Shown one piece after another: positions 1-9,325 of a stretch of 64,000 nucleotides of DNA. Source of the stretch: an uncultured Chloroflexia bacterium (lineage in GTDB: Bacteria > Chloroflexota > Dehalococcoidia > UBA2979). The notes below the pieces were generated by a model. It saw nothing but the letters and a program-made list of their open reading frames with translations, had not been told where the DNA came from and searched no databases. The position numbers and the translations under genes were made by a program. Each line of letters starts with the position of its first letter. The stretch's first letter is position 1. Location: contig CAVSIV010000001.1 in NCBI GenBank assembly GCA_963728205.1, forward strand, positions 64,001 to 128,000, read 5' to 3'.

Positions 1-527
1 CGGCCTGGCGTCGCGCACCTTCGGCTCGCAAGCGTTCGACGACGGCACCAGCCAGCTCGCCGCGTGGCTGCACGCGCACAACGCGCCGGCCGTGCGCTGG
101 GATCTCGCGGTCACGAGCGCGCAAAACGGCGCGACGATGATCGCCGAGCACTCGCTCTCGGTGATGGCGCTCGGCGGGTTCTCGGGGAGCGACCCGACGA
201 TCACCGCCACGCAGTTCGGTCGGCTGGTGGCGAAGGGCGACATCCGCTACGTGCTCGTGGAAGGGGGCGGCTTTGGGCCCCGCTTCGGGGGACCGGGCGG
301 GCGGGGCGCCCCGGGTGGGCGCGGCGGCCGCGGCTTCGGCGGGGCGGCCCCGGCACCCGACCGCCCCGGCGCCAACGCGGTGATGTCGGCCGTGCAGCAG
401 TCGTGCACGCAGGTCGTCGACCCGTCGCTGCCGGCACGCTACAGCGGCCAGATTCTACGACTGCGGCGGCGCGGCCGGCGCGCTCCAGGGGCTCGGCACG
501 CCGGCCGGCGTGCGCCCCGCGACGTAG
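1..527 (+). CDS. C-terminal part of a glycosyltransferase family 39 (ArnT/PMT, YkcB-like) membrane protein; 5' end outside the window; apparent +1 frameshift near 453
   Basis: Frame 2 reads WDLAVTSAQNGA...VMALGGFSGSDP...GDIRYVLV plus a Gly-rich tail typical of YkcB-like C-termini; removing one T at 453-454 restores QIYDCGG...TAG at 525-527. Confidence 0.6.
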
Positions 528-548
528 TCCGTGGTCGGGACGTCGCGT

Positions 549-767
549 TCAGCGCGGCCCGCCGAGGCGCTCGATCACCGAGCGCAGTCGCTCGAGGTTC
601 GTCTGCACCGTGGAGCCGGCGGTCGCCAGCGCGCCCGTGGCCTCGGCGCCCATCGCGCCGGGCTGGAGCGACCGCTCCGCGATCTTCAGCATGAGGCCGA
701 GCGCGACGAGGTCCTGCAGCAGCCCGTCGCGGAGCTCCGTGGCAACGGCGATCTTGGTCGGGGTCAT
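549..767 (-). CDS. Small protein (72 aa) resembling an isolated HisKA_3 dimerisation helix pair
   Basis: MTPTKIAVATELRDGLLQDLVALGLMLK resembles the RIARELHDxxxQ H-box, with His replaced by Arg. Confidence 0.5.
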   Translation of the reverse strand: MTPTKIAVATELRDGLLQDLVALGLMLKIAERSLQPGAMGAEATGALATAGSTVQTNLERLRSVIERLGGPR

Positions 768-1168
768 GTCGGCGGCGCTCCTTCCAGTGAGCAGCGGTCC
801 CTGACGACACAGACCACCCGGCGCGCGGGTTCTTACCGGGGCCGACTCAGGGTGTTCCCCAATCTTCCGCGCCCGCGGGTCGGCCGGCGTCGAGATCGGG
901 GAGAGCCCGCATGGAGGCGGCAGCGAGTCGCGCCGTTTGAGGACCCGGGCGCGGAGCGGACGGCGGTGGTGCCCGGCGCCGCGCGAACGGCGACGGCGCA
1001 GGCACGTTTCGACATAGTGGACGGAACAACAGGCGCGTCGCGCCCCGGATGTGAGGATTCCAAGAGTCCTCAAAGGTTCGCCCTACATGCGGCGACGAAG
1101 CTGATCGAGACGAACACCCCAGCGGTCCGGCGCGTCGGCGTCGGCGCACTCGACGGGAGCACCCGCCA

Positions 1169-1948
1169 GTGATGGATCCCCACGCGGGCCCGGGGCGCGG
1201 CCGGTCGCCGCGCCCGCCGGTCGCCGCCGAGGTGAACCCGCCGGCGCGGCCGAAGCCGCGTCCGCGGCGCCTCGGCAAGAGCCTCGTCGCGCTCAGCTCG
1301 GCCGCCATCCTCTCCGTCTACGCCGTCGGCTACGTGCACACGCAGTCGGCCGAGCAGCAGCTCGCCGCGGCGGCGCTGCCGCCGCCGACGGGCGCGGGCG
1401 CGGGCGCGGCCGCCGGCGCGACGCCCGGCGCGGACCCCGCGCCCGCCTCCGCCCAGCAGGTCCGCGCCGTGCCCACGGCCGCCGCGACCCCGGCCGCGAG
1501 CGCGACGCTGCCGCCGCTCGGCGCGGCGGCGCGCGGCACCACCGCGGGCATCGCCGGAGCGACCGTGTCGACGCCGGCGCCCACCGCCCCGCCGGCCCCC
1601 GCGACCGCGCCAACCGTCGCCCCGACGCCCGTCCCGACCGTCGCTCCCACCCCGGTCCCGACGCCCAGGCCGACCGTCGCGTCGGGCTACCAGGACGGCC
1701 AGTACACGGGGATCGGCACGAGCCGCCACGGCAGCGTGGAGGTCGCGGTCTCGGTGGCGAACGGCAAGATCACATCGGTGCAGATCACCGGCTGCATGAC
1801 GCGCTACCCGTGCTCGTGGATCAGCGCGCTGCCGGGCGAGGTGCTGCAGACGCAATCGGCGCGCGTGAACTACGTGTCGGGCGCCACCGACTCGTCGCGC
1901 GCGTTCATCGGCGCGGTGACCAGCGCGCTGCAGAGCGCGCTCGCGTGA
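1169..1948 (+). CDS. Membrane-anchored FMN-binding (flavinylation target) protein
   Basis: N-terminal basic/hydrophobic anchor, long Ala/Pro/Thr linker, C-terminal YQDGQYTG...VEVAVSV..GKITSVQI...VSGATDSS FMN_bind domain with the SGAT motif. Confidence 0.85.
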   Translation: MMDPHAGPGRGRSPRPPVAAEVNPPARPKPRPRRLGKSLVALSSAAILSVYAVGYVHTQSAEQQLAAAALPPPTGAGAGAAAGATPGADPAPASAQQVRAVPTAAATPAASATLPPLGAAARGTTAGIAGATVSTPAPTAPPAPATAPTVAPTPVPTVAPTPVPTPRPTVASGYQDGQYTGIGTSRHGSVEVAVSVANGKITSVQITGCMTRYPCSWISALPGEVLQTQSARVNYVSGATDSSRAFIGAVTSALQSALA

Positions 1949-3054
1949 GCGCCGTCGTGGAGGGCGCCGCGCGTGCGGAGGCGGGGCTCGCCAACGGATC
2001 GGCTGCCTTCCGGCGGCCGCTCGAATCGACGCCGCTGGATCGAGCGGCCGTTGGACGGCTGCCGATCTCCGCGGCGGCGTCCTTCTCCCGCGCGGCGGTG
2101 TTCATGGACACGACCGTCGCGATCGACGTCGTCGGCGCCGCGTCCGACGCGGAGGCCGAGCGCGCCGTCCAGCGCGCGTTCGGCTGGTTCGCAGGCGTCG
2201 AGTCGGCGTGCAGCCGGTTCGACCCGCGCAGCGAGGTCGCGCGCCTGTCGGCGGCGGTGGGCGTCGCGGTGCCGGTGTCGCCGCTCGTGTTCGAGGTGCT
2301 GCAGCTCGCGCTCGCCGTGGCGGAGGCGAGCGACGGCACGTTTGACCCGACGGTCGGCGCGCGCCTCGAGGCGGTCGGGTTCGACCGCAATCACCGCACG
2401 GGCGAGCGGGTGGTGTCGGGCATCGCGCCGGCGCCGGCCGGCGCCGCGGGAGTCGGCGGCCACCGGGACGTGGTGCTCGACGCCGCCGCGCAGACCGTGA
2501 CGCTGAGGCGACCGCTCGTGATCGACCTCGGCGGCATCGCCAAGGGGTTTGCGATCGACCTCGCCGCGTGCGAGCTCGCCGCGTTCCCCGGCAGCGTGGT
2601 GAACGCCGGCGGCGACCTCTTCCTGCGCGGCCGCAGCGCCGAAGGCACGCCCTGGCGCGTCGGCGTCCGCCATCCCCGCGAGGCCGGCGCGCTGGTCGAC
2701 GTGCTGGAGCCGCGCGACGACGTCGGCGCCGGCCTCGCAGTCTGCACCTCGGGTGACTACGAGCGGATTGCCGCCGGCGGCGGCCACATCGTCGACCCGC
2801 GCAGCGGCGACGCGCCGGCGCGGCCGGTGGTGAGCGCGACGGTGGTGGCGCCCACGGCTGCGCTGGCCGACGCGCTCGGCACCGCCGCGACGGTGCTCGG
2901 CCCAGAGCGCGGGCTGGCGCTGCTCGTCGCCGAGGGCGTCGACGGCATGCTCGTCACGCTCGACCGCGCGAGCGGGCGCCTCGCCCGCCACGCGACGCCC
3001 GGCTACGCGCGGCTCGCCGCCGCGCCCGGTGACGCAGAGGGGGCCCGCCCGTGA
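1945..3054 (+). CDS. apbE: FAD:protein FMN transferase (ApbE family)
   Basis: MDT, SRFDPRSEV, FDPTVG, IDLGGIAKGFAID, NAGGD, TSGDYER, HIVDPRSG, ADALGT motifs; GTG overlaps the upstream TGA. Confidence 0.92.
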   Translation: MSAVVEGAARAEAGLANGSAAFRRPLESTPLDRAAVGRLPISAAASFSRAAVFMDTTVAIDVVGAASDAEAERAVQRAFGWFAGVESACSRFDPRSEVARLSAAVGVAVPVSPLVFEVLQLALAVAEASDGTFDPTVGARLEAVGFDRNHRTGERVVSGIAPAPAGAAGVGGHRDVVLDAAAQTVTLRRPLVIDLGGIAKGFAIDLAACELAAFPGSVVNAGGDLFLRGRSAEGTPWRVGVRHPREAGALVDVLEPRDDVGAGLAVCTSGDYERIAAGGGHIVDPRSGDAPARPVVSATVVAPTAALADALGTAATVLGPERGLALLVAEGVDGMLVTLDRASGRLARHATPGYARLAAAPGDAEGARP

Positions 3055-3908
3055 GCGCCGCCGCTCGCCCGTCCGCCCGCCGCTCGGTGCGGCGCTTCGT
3101 GCGCACGCCGAAGGGGCTGCTGCTGATCCTGTTCGCCGCGCTGCTCGCGGTCGCCGCGGTGCCGCAGACGCACGGCGGCGGCATGCTCGCCCTGCAGGTC
3201 GCGGCCGTCGGCGCGCTGACCGCGGCCGCGGTCGATGTCGTGCTCGTGCTGGCGCGTCGCGACGAGTGGATGTTCCCCGGCGGCGCGCTGCTCTCCGGCG
3301 TGATCGTGGCGATGGTGCTGAGCGCGCACGAGCCGCTGTGGGTCGTCGCCGCGACGTCGGCGCTGTCGATCCTCGGCAAGCACCTCTTCCGCATCCGCGC
3401 GTGGAACGTGTTCAACCCGGCGGCGCTGGCGCTGGTGGTGTCGGCGCTCGCGTTCAACGCGGGACACGCGTGGTGGGGCGCGCTGCCGGACTTCGGCCCG
3501 AACGGGCTCTACGGCCTGGCGGTGATCGCGCTCGCCGGGCTCGTGATCGCGAACCACGTGAACAAGCTGCCGCTGGTGCTCGCGTTCCTCGGCTCGTACT
3601 TCGTGCTGTTCACGGTCGCGAGCTTCAGCGTCGGCCCGGCGGGCGTTGCGGAGATCTTCCGCACACCGGACCTCAACGCGGCGGTGTTCTTCGCGGTGTT
3701 CATGCTCGACGACCCGCCGACGTGTCCGACGAAGTACGCGGACCAGGTGGTGTTCGGCGTGGTGGTCGCGGCCGCGAGCTACGCGTTCTTCATGCAGCTG
3801 GGGGCGGTGTACTACCTGCTCGCCGGGCTGCTGATCGGCAACGCGTGGGAGTCCTTCCGCCGGAGCCTCGTGATGATGTCGCGGAAGTCGGCGGCGCAGG
3901 GGACCTAG
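3051..3908 (+). CDS. RnfD/NqrB-like integral membrane protein
   Basis: Multiple TM helices with GKHLF...NVFNPAA and FMLDDPPTCP motifs of the NQR2/RnfD family; coupled to apbE (GTGA overlap). Confidence 0.82.
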   Translation: MSAAARPSARRSVRRFVRTPKGLLLILFAALLAVAAVPQTHGGGMLALQVAAVGALTAAAVDVVLVLARRDEWMFPGGALLSGVIVAMVLSAHEPLWVVAATSALSILGKHLFRIRAWNVFNPAALALVVSALAFNAGHAWWGALPDFGPNGLYGLAVIALAGLVIANHVNKLPLVLAFLGSYFVLFTVASFSVGPAGVAEIFRTPDLNAAVFFAVFMLDDPPTCPTKYADQVVFGVVVAAASYAFFMQLGAVYYLLAGLLIGNAWESFRRSLVMMSRKSAAQGT

Positions 3909-3940
3909 GGGCGCGCCGAGCACGCGGCCCCGGCCCGACC

Positions 3941-4020
3941 AAAGCGGCGGCAGATATGCCGCCGACAGGTGGGCGGCTCGCGGCCGCCCGCAGCATCGGC
4001 GGCATATCTGCCGCCGCTTT
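3941..4020. repeat. REP-like palindrome (family A)
   Basis: Arms AAAGCGGCGGCAGATATGCCGCCGA ... TCGGCGGCATATCTGCCGCCGCTTT. Confidence 0.9.
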
Positions 4021-4191
4021 GCTTACCTAGGCCGGCACCTGATAACGCACGCGTGGTGAGGTTCGCCGTCCTTCGGCCCGCTTTGCACGCCGACTGCGCG
4101 ATCGGCGGTTCACCGGCTCGACCCGGTGCGCGACGATGGATCGGTACGCCGCGCCCACCCGCGTGAGGCGCGCGGAAGGGAACACATCTCC

Positions 4192-5559
4192 ATGTTGTTG
4201 TCCGACGAAGGACCCGTCACGACGCTGGCGGAGTACCGGAAGCGAGGCGGCCTCCAGGGCTGGGCTCGGGCCCAGGAGGTCGCGCCGCAGGAGCTGATCG
4301 ACGCCATCCGGGTGGCCGGGCTGCGCGGCCGCGGGGGCGCCGGCTTCCCCACCGCGATCAAGCTGCAGGGCGCGCTCGACGCGCCCGCGCATCGCAAGTT
4401 CGCGGTGTGCAACGCCGCCGAGGGCGAGCCCGGCACCTTCAAGGACCGCCTGCTGATGCGGCACAACCCCTACCTCATCCTCGAGGGGCTCGCGATCACG
4501 GCGCAGGCGATCGGGGCCGAGCGCGCGTACATCGCGACGAAGGCGCGCTTCACGCGCGAGGCTGCGGGGCTCGAGCGCGCGATCGCAGAGCTCGCCGCCG
4601 AGACCTCGATCGGCGACCGCATCGAGCTGGTGCGCGGGCCGGACGAGTACCTCTTCGGCGAGGAGAAGGCGCTGCTCGCGGTGGTCGAGGGCGGCCTGCC
4701 GCTGCCACGCGTCTTCCCGCCGTACATCCACGGCCTCTTCGCCGGCGCCTACGGCGGGCCGAACGACCACGAGAACAACCCCACCGTCGCGAGCAACGCC
4801 GAGACGATGGCGCACATCACGAACATCGCCACCTACGGGCCGGACTGGTTCCGCTCGCAGGGGACCGAGAGCTCGCCGGGCACCACGATCTTCACGGTGT
4901 CGGGTGACGTGAAGCAGCCGACGGTCGTCGAGCTGCCGTACGGCCTCACGCTGCACCAGCTGATCTACGATCACGCGGGCGGTCCGCGCGACCAGCGCGT
5001 GAAGGCGGTGCTGGCGGGGACGGCATCCGAGGTGATCACCGCTGACCTGCTCGACACGGCGATCGACTTCGACGCGATGAAGTCGGCCGGCGTCGGCGTG
5101 GGGTCGGGCGGGTTCATCGTCTACGACGAGACCGCGTGCATGGTGCAGGTCGCGCGCGACTTCTCGCACTTCCTCTACGTGGAGTCGTGCAACCAGTGCC
5201 CGTCGTGCAAGATCGGGTCGCACAAGATCACCGCGCACCTGGACGACGTGCTTGCCGGGACGGCGAGCCGGCACGACGTAGAGGAAATCCACCAGGTGGC
5301 CGGCTGGGTGACGGGCGGGCACCGCTGCGCTCTGCCCGTGTCGGAGCAGATGCTGATGTACAGCATCGTCGAGCGGTTCCAGAAGGACTTCCTCGCGCAC
5401 CTCGACGGCACGTGCCGGCTGCGGCACGACATGCCGCTGCCGAAGCTGGTCGACTACGAGCCCGGCCGCGGGTTCGTGTACGACGAGCACTACGACGAGA
5501 AGCGGGCGGACTGGACGTACCGCCCCGCGCCGCACCCGCGCGAGCACGCGCACGTGTAG
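4192..5559 (+). CDS. Stand-alone NuoF/HoxF-like NADH-binding FMN/[4Fe-4S] protein
   Basis: GLRGRGGAGFPT, NAAEGEPGTFKDR, YLFGEEKAL, SLBB region, ESCNQCPSC...C cluster motif; no other nuo genes nearby. Confidence 0.85.
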   Translation: MLLSDEGPVTTLAEYRKRGGLQGWARAQEVAPQELIDAIRVAGLRGRGGAGFPTAIKLQGALDAPAHRKFAVCNAAEGEPGTFKDRLLMRHNPYLILEGLAITAQAIGAERAYIATKARFTREAAGLERAIAELAAETSIGDRIELVRGPDEYLFGEEKALLAVVEGGLPLPRVFPPYIHGLFAGAYGGPNDHENNPTVASNAETMAHITNIATYGPDWFRSQGTESSPGTTIFTVSGDVKQPTVVELPYGLTLHQLIYDHAGGPRDQRVKAVLAGTASEVITADLLDTAIDFDAMKSAGVGVGSGGFIVYDETACMVQVARDFSHFLYVESCNQCPSCKIGSHKITAHLDDVLAGTASRHDVEEIHQVAGWVTGGHRCALPVSEQMLMYSIVERFQKDFLAHLDGTCRLRHDMPLPKLVDYEPGRGFVYDEHYDEKRADWTYRPAPHPREHAHV

Positions 5560-5565
5560 CCGGTA

Positions 5566-5834
5566 GGCGCGCGGCGGGCTTCAGGCCCGCCGTGTGCAGT
5601 GGCCGCCTCGGGGCGACCGGAGGTGGCCACCTCTCGCCTGGCCGAGCGGCCCACTGCACACGGCAGCCAGCATGCCCCGGGTGGCGCCGTGCGCGCATGA
5701 ACGTCACCCAAAGCGGCGGCAGATATGCCGCCGACAGGACGCGGACGCAGTCCGCGGCTGGCGCCGCGCTTCTGTCGGCGGCATATCCGCCGCCGCTTTG
5801 ACGTTCCGACGAGGCCTGAAGCCTGCCGCGCGCC
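5566..5834. repeat. Composite REP/MITE-like element (outer IR plus inner family A palindrome at 5709-5800)
   Basis: Terminal IR GGCGCGCGGCGGGCTTCAGGCC / GGCCTGAAGCCTGCCGCGCGCC enclosing the conserved REP core. Confidence 0.85.
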
Positions 5835-5878
5835 GGAGGCCGGCTGCCGGCGCGGGCGGGAGCCCGCGCTCCCTCCCC

Positions 5879-8800
5879 CTACCACGTGTCGATGTACGGG
5901 TACTTCTTGTCGGTCCGCGGCTCCGTCGGCGGCACGCGGCGCAGGCCTGCGGCGATCCAGTCGCGCGTCGTTGCGGGATCGATGACGTCGTCGAGCCCGC
6001 CACCGACCGACGCGTTCACCGCCTTCGCGTTCTCGTACGCGCGCGCCACGCGCCGCTCGAACTCCGCGCGGCGCTCCTCGGGGTCCTCGATGGCGGCGAG
6101 CTCCTTGCGGTAGCCCAGCTTGACCGAGCCCTCGATGTTCATCCCCGCGAACTCCGCCGTCGGCCATGCCACCGTGAAGAAGCCGACCTGCGAGCTCGCG
6201 CCGCACATCGCCTGCACGCCGAGCCCGTACGCCTTGCGCACGATCACGCCGAACAGCGGCACGGTGAGGTTCGCGCCCGTGTTGAACATGCGCGTGCAGT
6301 GGCGCACGAGCGCGGTGCGCTCGACGTCGGGGCCGACCATCATCCCCGGGCAGTCCATCAGGCTGAGCACCGGGATGTCGAAGGCGTCGCACAGCTGGAG
6401 GAAGCGCGCGCCCTTGTCCGCGCCGTCGGAGTCGATGGCGCCGGCGAGGTGATGCGGGTTGTTCGCGATCACGCCCATCGGCCGCCCCTCGACGCGGATG
6501 AACGCGGTGATCACGCCGACGCCGAAGCGCTCGCGGATCTCGAGCACGGAGTCGCGGTCGGCGATCGTGCGGATCACCTCGCGCATGTCGTAGAGACGCA
6601 GGCGGTTCTCGGGCACGACGTGCCGCAGCCGGCGCTGGTCGGGCGCCTCCCACTCCGCGATCGGGCCCTGGAAGTACGACAGGTACTTCCGCGCGACGTC
6701 GACCGCCTCGTCCTCGTCGCGCACGAGGATGTCGACGACGCCGTTCGGCACCTGGAACGACATCGGGCCGACCTCCTCGGGCGTGTACACGCCGAGGCCG
6801 CCGCCCTCGATCATCGCCGGACCGCCCATCGCGATCGTCGAGCCCTCGGTCGCGATGATCACGTCGCAGCAGGCGAGGAGCGCCGTGTTGCCGGCGAAGC
6901 AGCGGCCGTTCGTGACGCCGACGAGCGGGACGAGCCCGGACAGCTGCGAGAACCGCGTGAAGGTGTGCGTGTCGAAGGCGACGCGCGGGCCGGAGTAGTC
7001 GTCGCCGGGCCGTCCGCCGCCACCCTCGGCGAAGAGCACGAGCGGCAGCCGGAATCGGTGCGCGAGCTCGTAGACGCGGTCCTGCTTGGTGTGGCCGCGC
7101 CCGCCCTGCGTGCCGGCGAGCACCGTGTAGTCGTAGGAGACGACCATCGCGCGGGCGCGCTCGTCGTCGAAGTGCGCGCCGTTGATGGTGGCCGTGCCCG
7201 CAATCAGGCCGTCGGCCGGCGTGTTGCGGCGCAGCTCCTCGTCCGTGAAGCGCTGGTGCTGGCGCGCCACGATCAGCGGCCAGTACTCCTTGAACGACCC
7301 GGGGTCGACGAGGCGCGCGATGTTCTCGCGCGGCATGCGGTACCCGCGCGCGTGGCGCTTCGCGACCGCCTCCGGGCGCTGCTCGTCGTAGATGTGCGCG
7401 CGGCGCTCCTCGACCTCGCGCAGGTCGTCGCGGATGTGGTCGAGGTCGACCTCCTCGACGGCGGCGGCGTTGCCGGCCGCGACCTCGGCCGGCTCGATGA
7501 ACACGACCGGGTAGCCCTCGCGCACGACGTCGCCCACGGCCATCGTGACCGCGCGGACGATGCCGCTGCGGTCGGCGACGATGACGTGCTCCATCTTCAT
7601 CGCCTCGAGCACGGCGACCTGCTGGCCCTGCCGCACGGCGTCGCCCACGGCAACGTCGACCGCGACGATCGTGCCCTGGATGGGGGCGGCGAGGCGGAAG
7701 GATCCGTCGGGTCCGGTCGGCGCGGCGCGGGCGGCATCCGGCGTCGCTTCGGTCCGGGCCGCCTGCTCTGCCTTCGTGCGGGCGTCGTGCGCGAAGAGCG
7801 CGAGCGGGTCGCGACTGTCGACGCGCGCGCCGGCGTAGCCGTCGGTGGGCGAGTCCGCCGGGCGCGGCGCGGCTTCGGGCGTGCGAAGCCGCTGTGCCGG
7901 CCGCGCGGCGGCCAGCACAGCGACATGCTCGTCGACCCAGCGGGTGTGCACGGCGCCGGCCGCGAAGTCGGGGTGTGCGAGGACGTTGAGCAGGAACGGG
8001 ATGTTCGTGTCGACGCCCTCGATGCGGAATTCGCTCAGCGCGCGCGCCTCGCGCGTGATGGCGTCGGCGAAGCGCGGCGACGGCGTATGCGCGACCACCT
8101 TCGCGAGCAGCGAGTCGAACGCCGCGCTTGTGCGGTAGCCGGCGTAGCCGAAGCCGTCGGTGCGCACGCCGGGGCCGCTCGGCGCCTCGTAGGCGGCGAG
8201 CGTGCCGCCCGACGGATGCACCGCGCCGTCCTCGCGGATCGTCTCCATGTTCACGCGCGCCTGGATCGCGTAGCCGCGCGGCATGGCAACCGATGGGTCG
8301 TCGAGCCCCAGCTCAGCGAGCGTCGCGCCGTCGGCCAGCCGCAGCTGCGACTGCACGAGATCGACGCCGGTGACCTCTTCCGTGACCGTGTGCTCGACCT
8401 GCAGGCGCGCGTTCGCCTCGATGAACACGAACGGCTCGGCGGCGGGCGCGTCCGCCGCGTCGACGAGGAACTCGAACGTGCCGAGGCTCGTGTAGCCGAC
8501 GCTGCGCGCGAGCCGCACCGCGGCGTCGATGATGCGCGCGCGCAGGCCGCCGTCCAGCGCCGGCGCCGGCGCGATCTCGATCAGCTTCTGGTAGCGGCGC
8601 TGCACGCTGCACTCGCGCTCGCCGAGGTGCGCGACGCCGCCGTGGAGGTCGCCGAGGATCTGCACCTCGATGTGGCGGGCGCGCGGGACGAGCTGCTCGA
8701 CGTAGACCTCGTCGCGGCCGAACGCCGCGCCGGCCTCGGAGCGGCAGCGGCGGTACGCCGCCTCGATCTCGTCGCGTGCGGTGACGGCGCGCGTGCCGCG

Positions 8801-9298
8801 CCCGCCGCCCCCGGCGATCGCCTTGATCATCATCGCACCGCCGGGGCCGAGGGCGTCGAAGAAGTCGACGGCCTCCTCCAGCGACACGGCGCGGTCGATG
8901 CCGCGCAGCACCGGCACGCCCGCCGCCTCGGCGGCCTCGCGCGCCCGCGCCTTGTCGCCGAACAGCGCGAGGTGCTCGGGGCGCGGCCCGACGAACGTGA
9001 CGCCGGCGGCGGCGCAGCGCTCGGCGACGTCGGCGCGCTCGGCGAGGAAGCCGTACCCGGGGTGCAGCGCGTCGCACCCGGCCGCGGCCGCCGCCGCGAG
9101 GATCGCGTCGACGTCGAGGTACGCCGCCGCGCCGCGACCCGGCAGCGCGACGGCCTCGTCGGCGACCCGCACGTGCAGGCTCGCGGCGTCGTCCTCGGAG
9201 TACACCGCGACGCTGCGCAGGCCGAGGTCGGCCGCGGCGCGCGCGATGCGGATCGCGATCTCGCCGCGGTTCGCGATCAGGAGGCCGTGGAAGCTCAT
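5879..9298 (-). CDS. Single-chain biotin-dependent acyl-CoA carboxylase (BC-BCCP-CT), copy 1
   Basis: LIANRGEIAIR, HPGYGFLAE, GGGGRG, RECSVQRR, EANARLQVEH; biotinyl motif EAMKM; C-terminal CT (GTQG, GGGGRPGD, GGPAMIEGGGLG). Confidence 0.93.
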   Translation of the reverse strand: MSFHGLLIANRGEIAIRIARAAADLGLRSVAVYSEDDAASLHVRVADEAVALPGRGAAAYLDVDAILAAAAAAGCDALHPGYGFLAERADVAERCAAAGVTFVGPRPEHLALFGDKARAREAAEAAGVPVLRGIDRAVSLEEAVDFFDALGPGGAMMIKAIAGGGGRGTRAVTARDEIEAAYRRCRSEAGAAFGRDEVYVEQLVPRARHIEVQILGDLHGGVAHLGERECSVQRRYQKLIEIAPAPALDGGLRARIIDAAVRLARSVGYTSLGTFEFLVDAADAPAAEPFVFIEANARLQVEHTVTEEVTGVDLVQSQLRLADGATLAELGLDDPSVAMPRGYAIQARVNMETIREDGAVHPSGGTLAAYEAPSGPGVRTDGFGYAGYRTSAAFDSLLAKVVAHTPSPRFADAITREARALSEFRIEGVDTNIPFLLNVLAHPDFAAGAVHTRWVDEHVAVLAAARPAQRLRTPEAAPRPADSPTDGYAGARVDSRDPLALFAHDARTKAEQAARTEATPDAARAAPTGPDGSFRLAAPIQGTIVAVDVAVGDAVRQGQQVAVLEAMKMEHVIVADRSGIVRAVTMAVGDVVREGYPVVFIEPAEVAAGNAAAVEEVDLDHIRDDLREVEERRAHIYDEQRPEAVAKRHARGYRMPRENIARLVDPGSFKEYWPLIVARQHQRFTDEELRRNTPADGLIAGTATINGAHFDDERARAMVVSYDYTVLAGTQGGRGHTKQDRVYELAHRFRLPLVLFAEGGGGRPGDDYSGPRVAFDTHTFTRFSQLSGLVPLVGVTNGRCFAGNTALLACCDVIIATEGSTIAMGGPAMIEGGGLGVYTPEEVGPMSFQVPNGVVDILVRDEDEAVDVARKYLSYFQGPIAEWEAPDQRRLRHVVPENRLRLYDMREVIRTIADRDSVLEIRERFGVGVITAFIRVEGRPMGVIANNPHHLAGAIDSDGADKGARFLQLCDAFDIPVLSLMDCPGMMVGPDVERTALVRHCTRMFNTGANLTVPLFGVIVRKAYGLGVQAMCGASSQVGFFTVAWPTAEFAGMNIEGSVKLGYRKELAAIEDPEERRAEFERRVARAYENAKAVNASVGGGLDDVIDPATTRDWIAAGLRRVPPTEPRTDKKYPYIDTW

Positions 9299-9325
9299 GT
9301 GGTCCTCGATTCACCCGTGACCCGT

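Noticed and set aside
4192-5559. Calling this nuoF of respiratory complex I
   Set aside because: No nuoE, nuoG or other nuo genes adjacent, and the motif is divergent (GEEKAL); treated as a stand-alone homolog
5704-6003. Short ORFs with recurring peptides such as QRRQICRRQ, AAADMPPT and SGGRYAAD throughout the window
   Set aside because: These are translations of the REP element in different frames, not a protein family, except for the in-frame array at 27067
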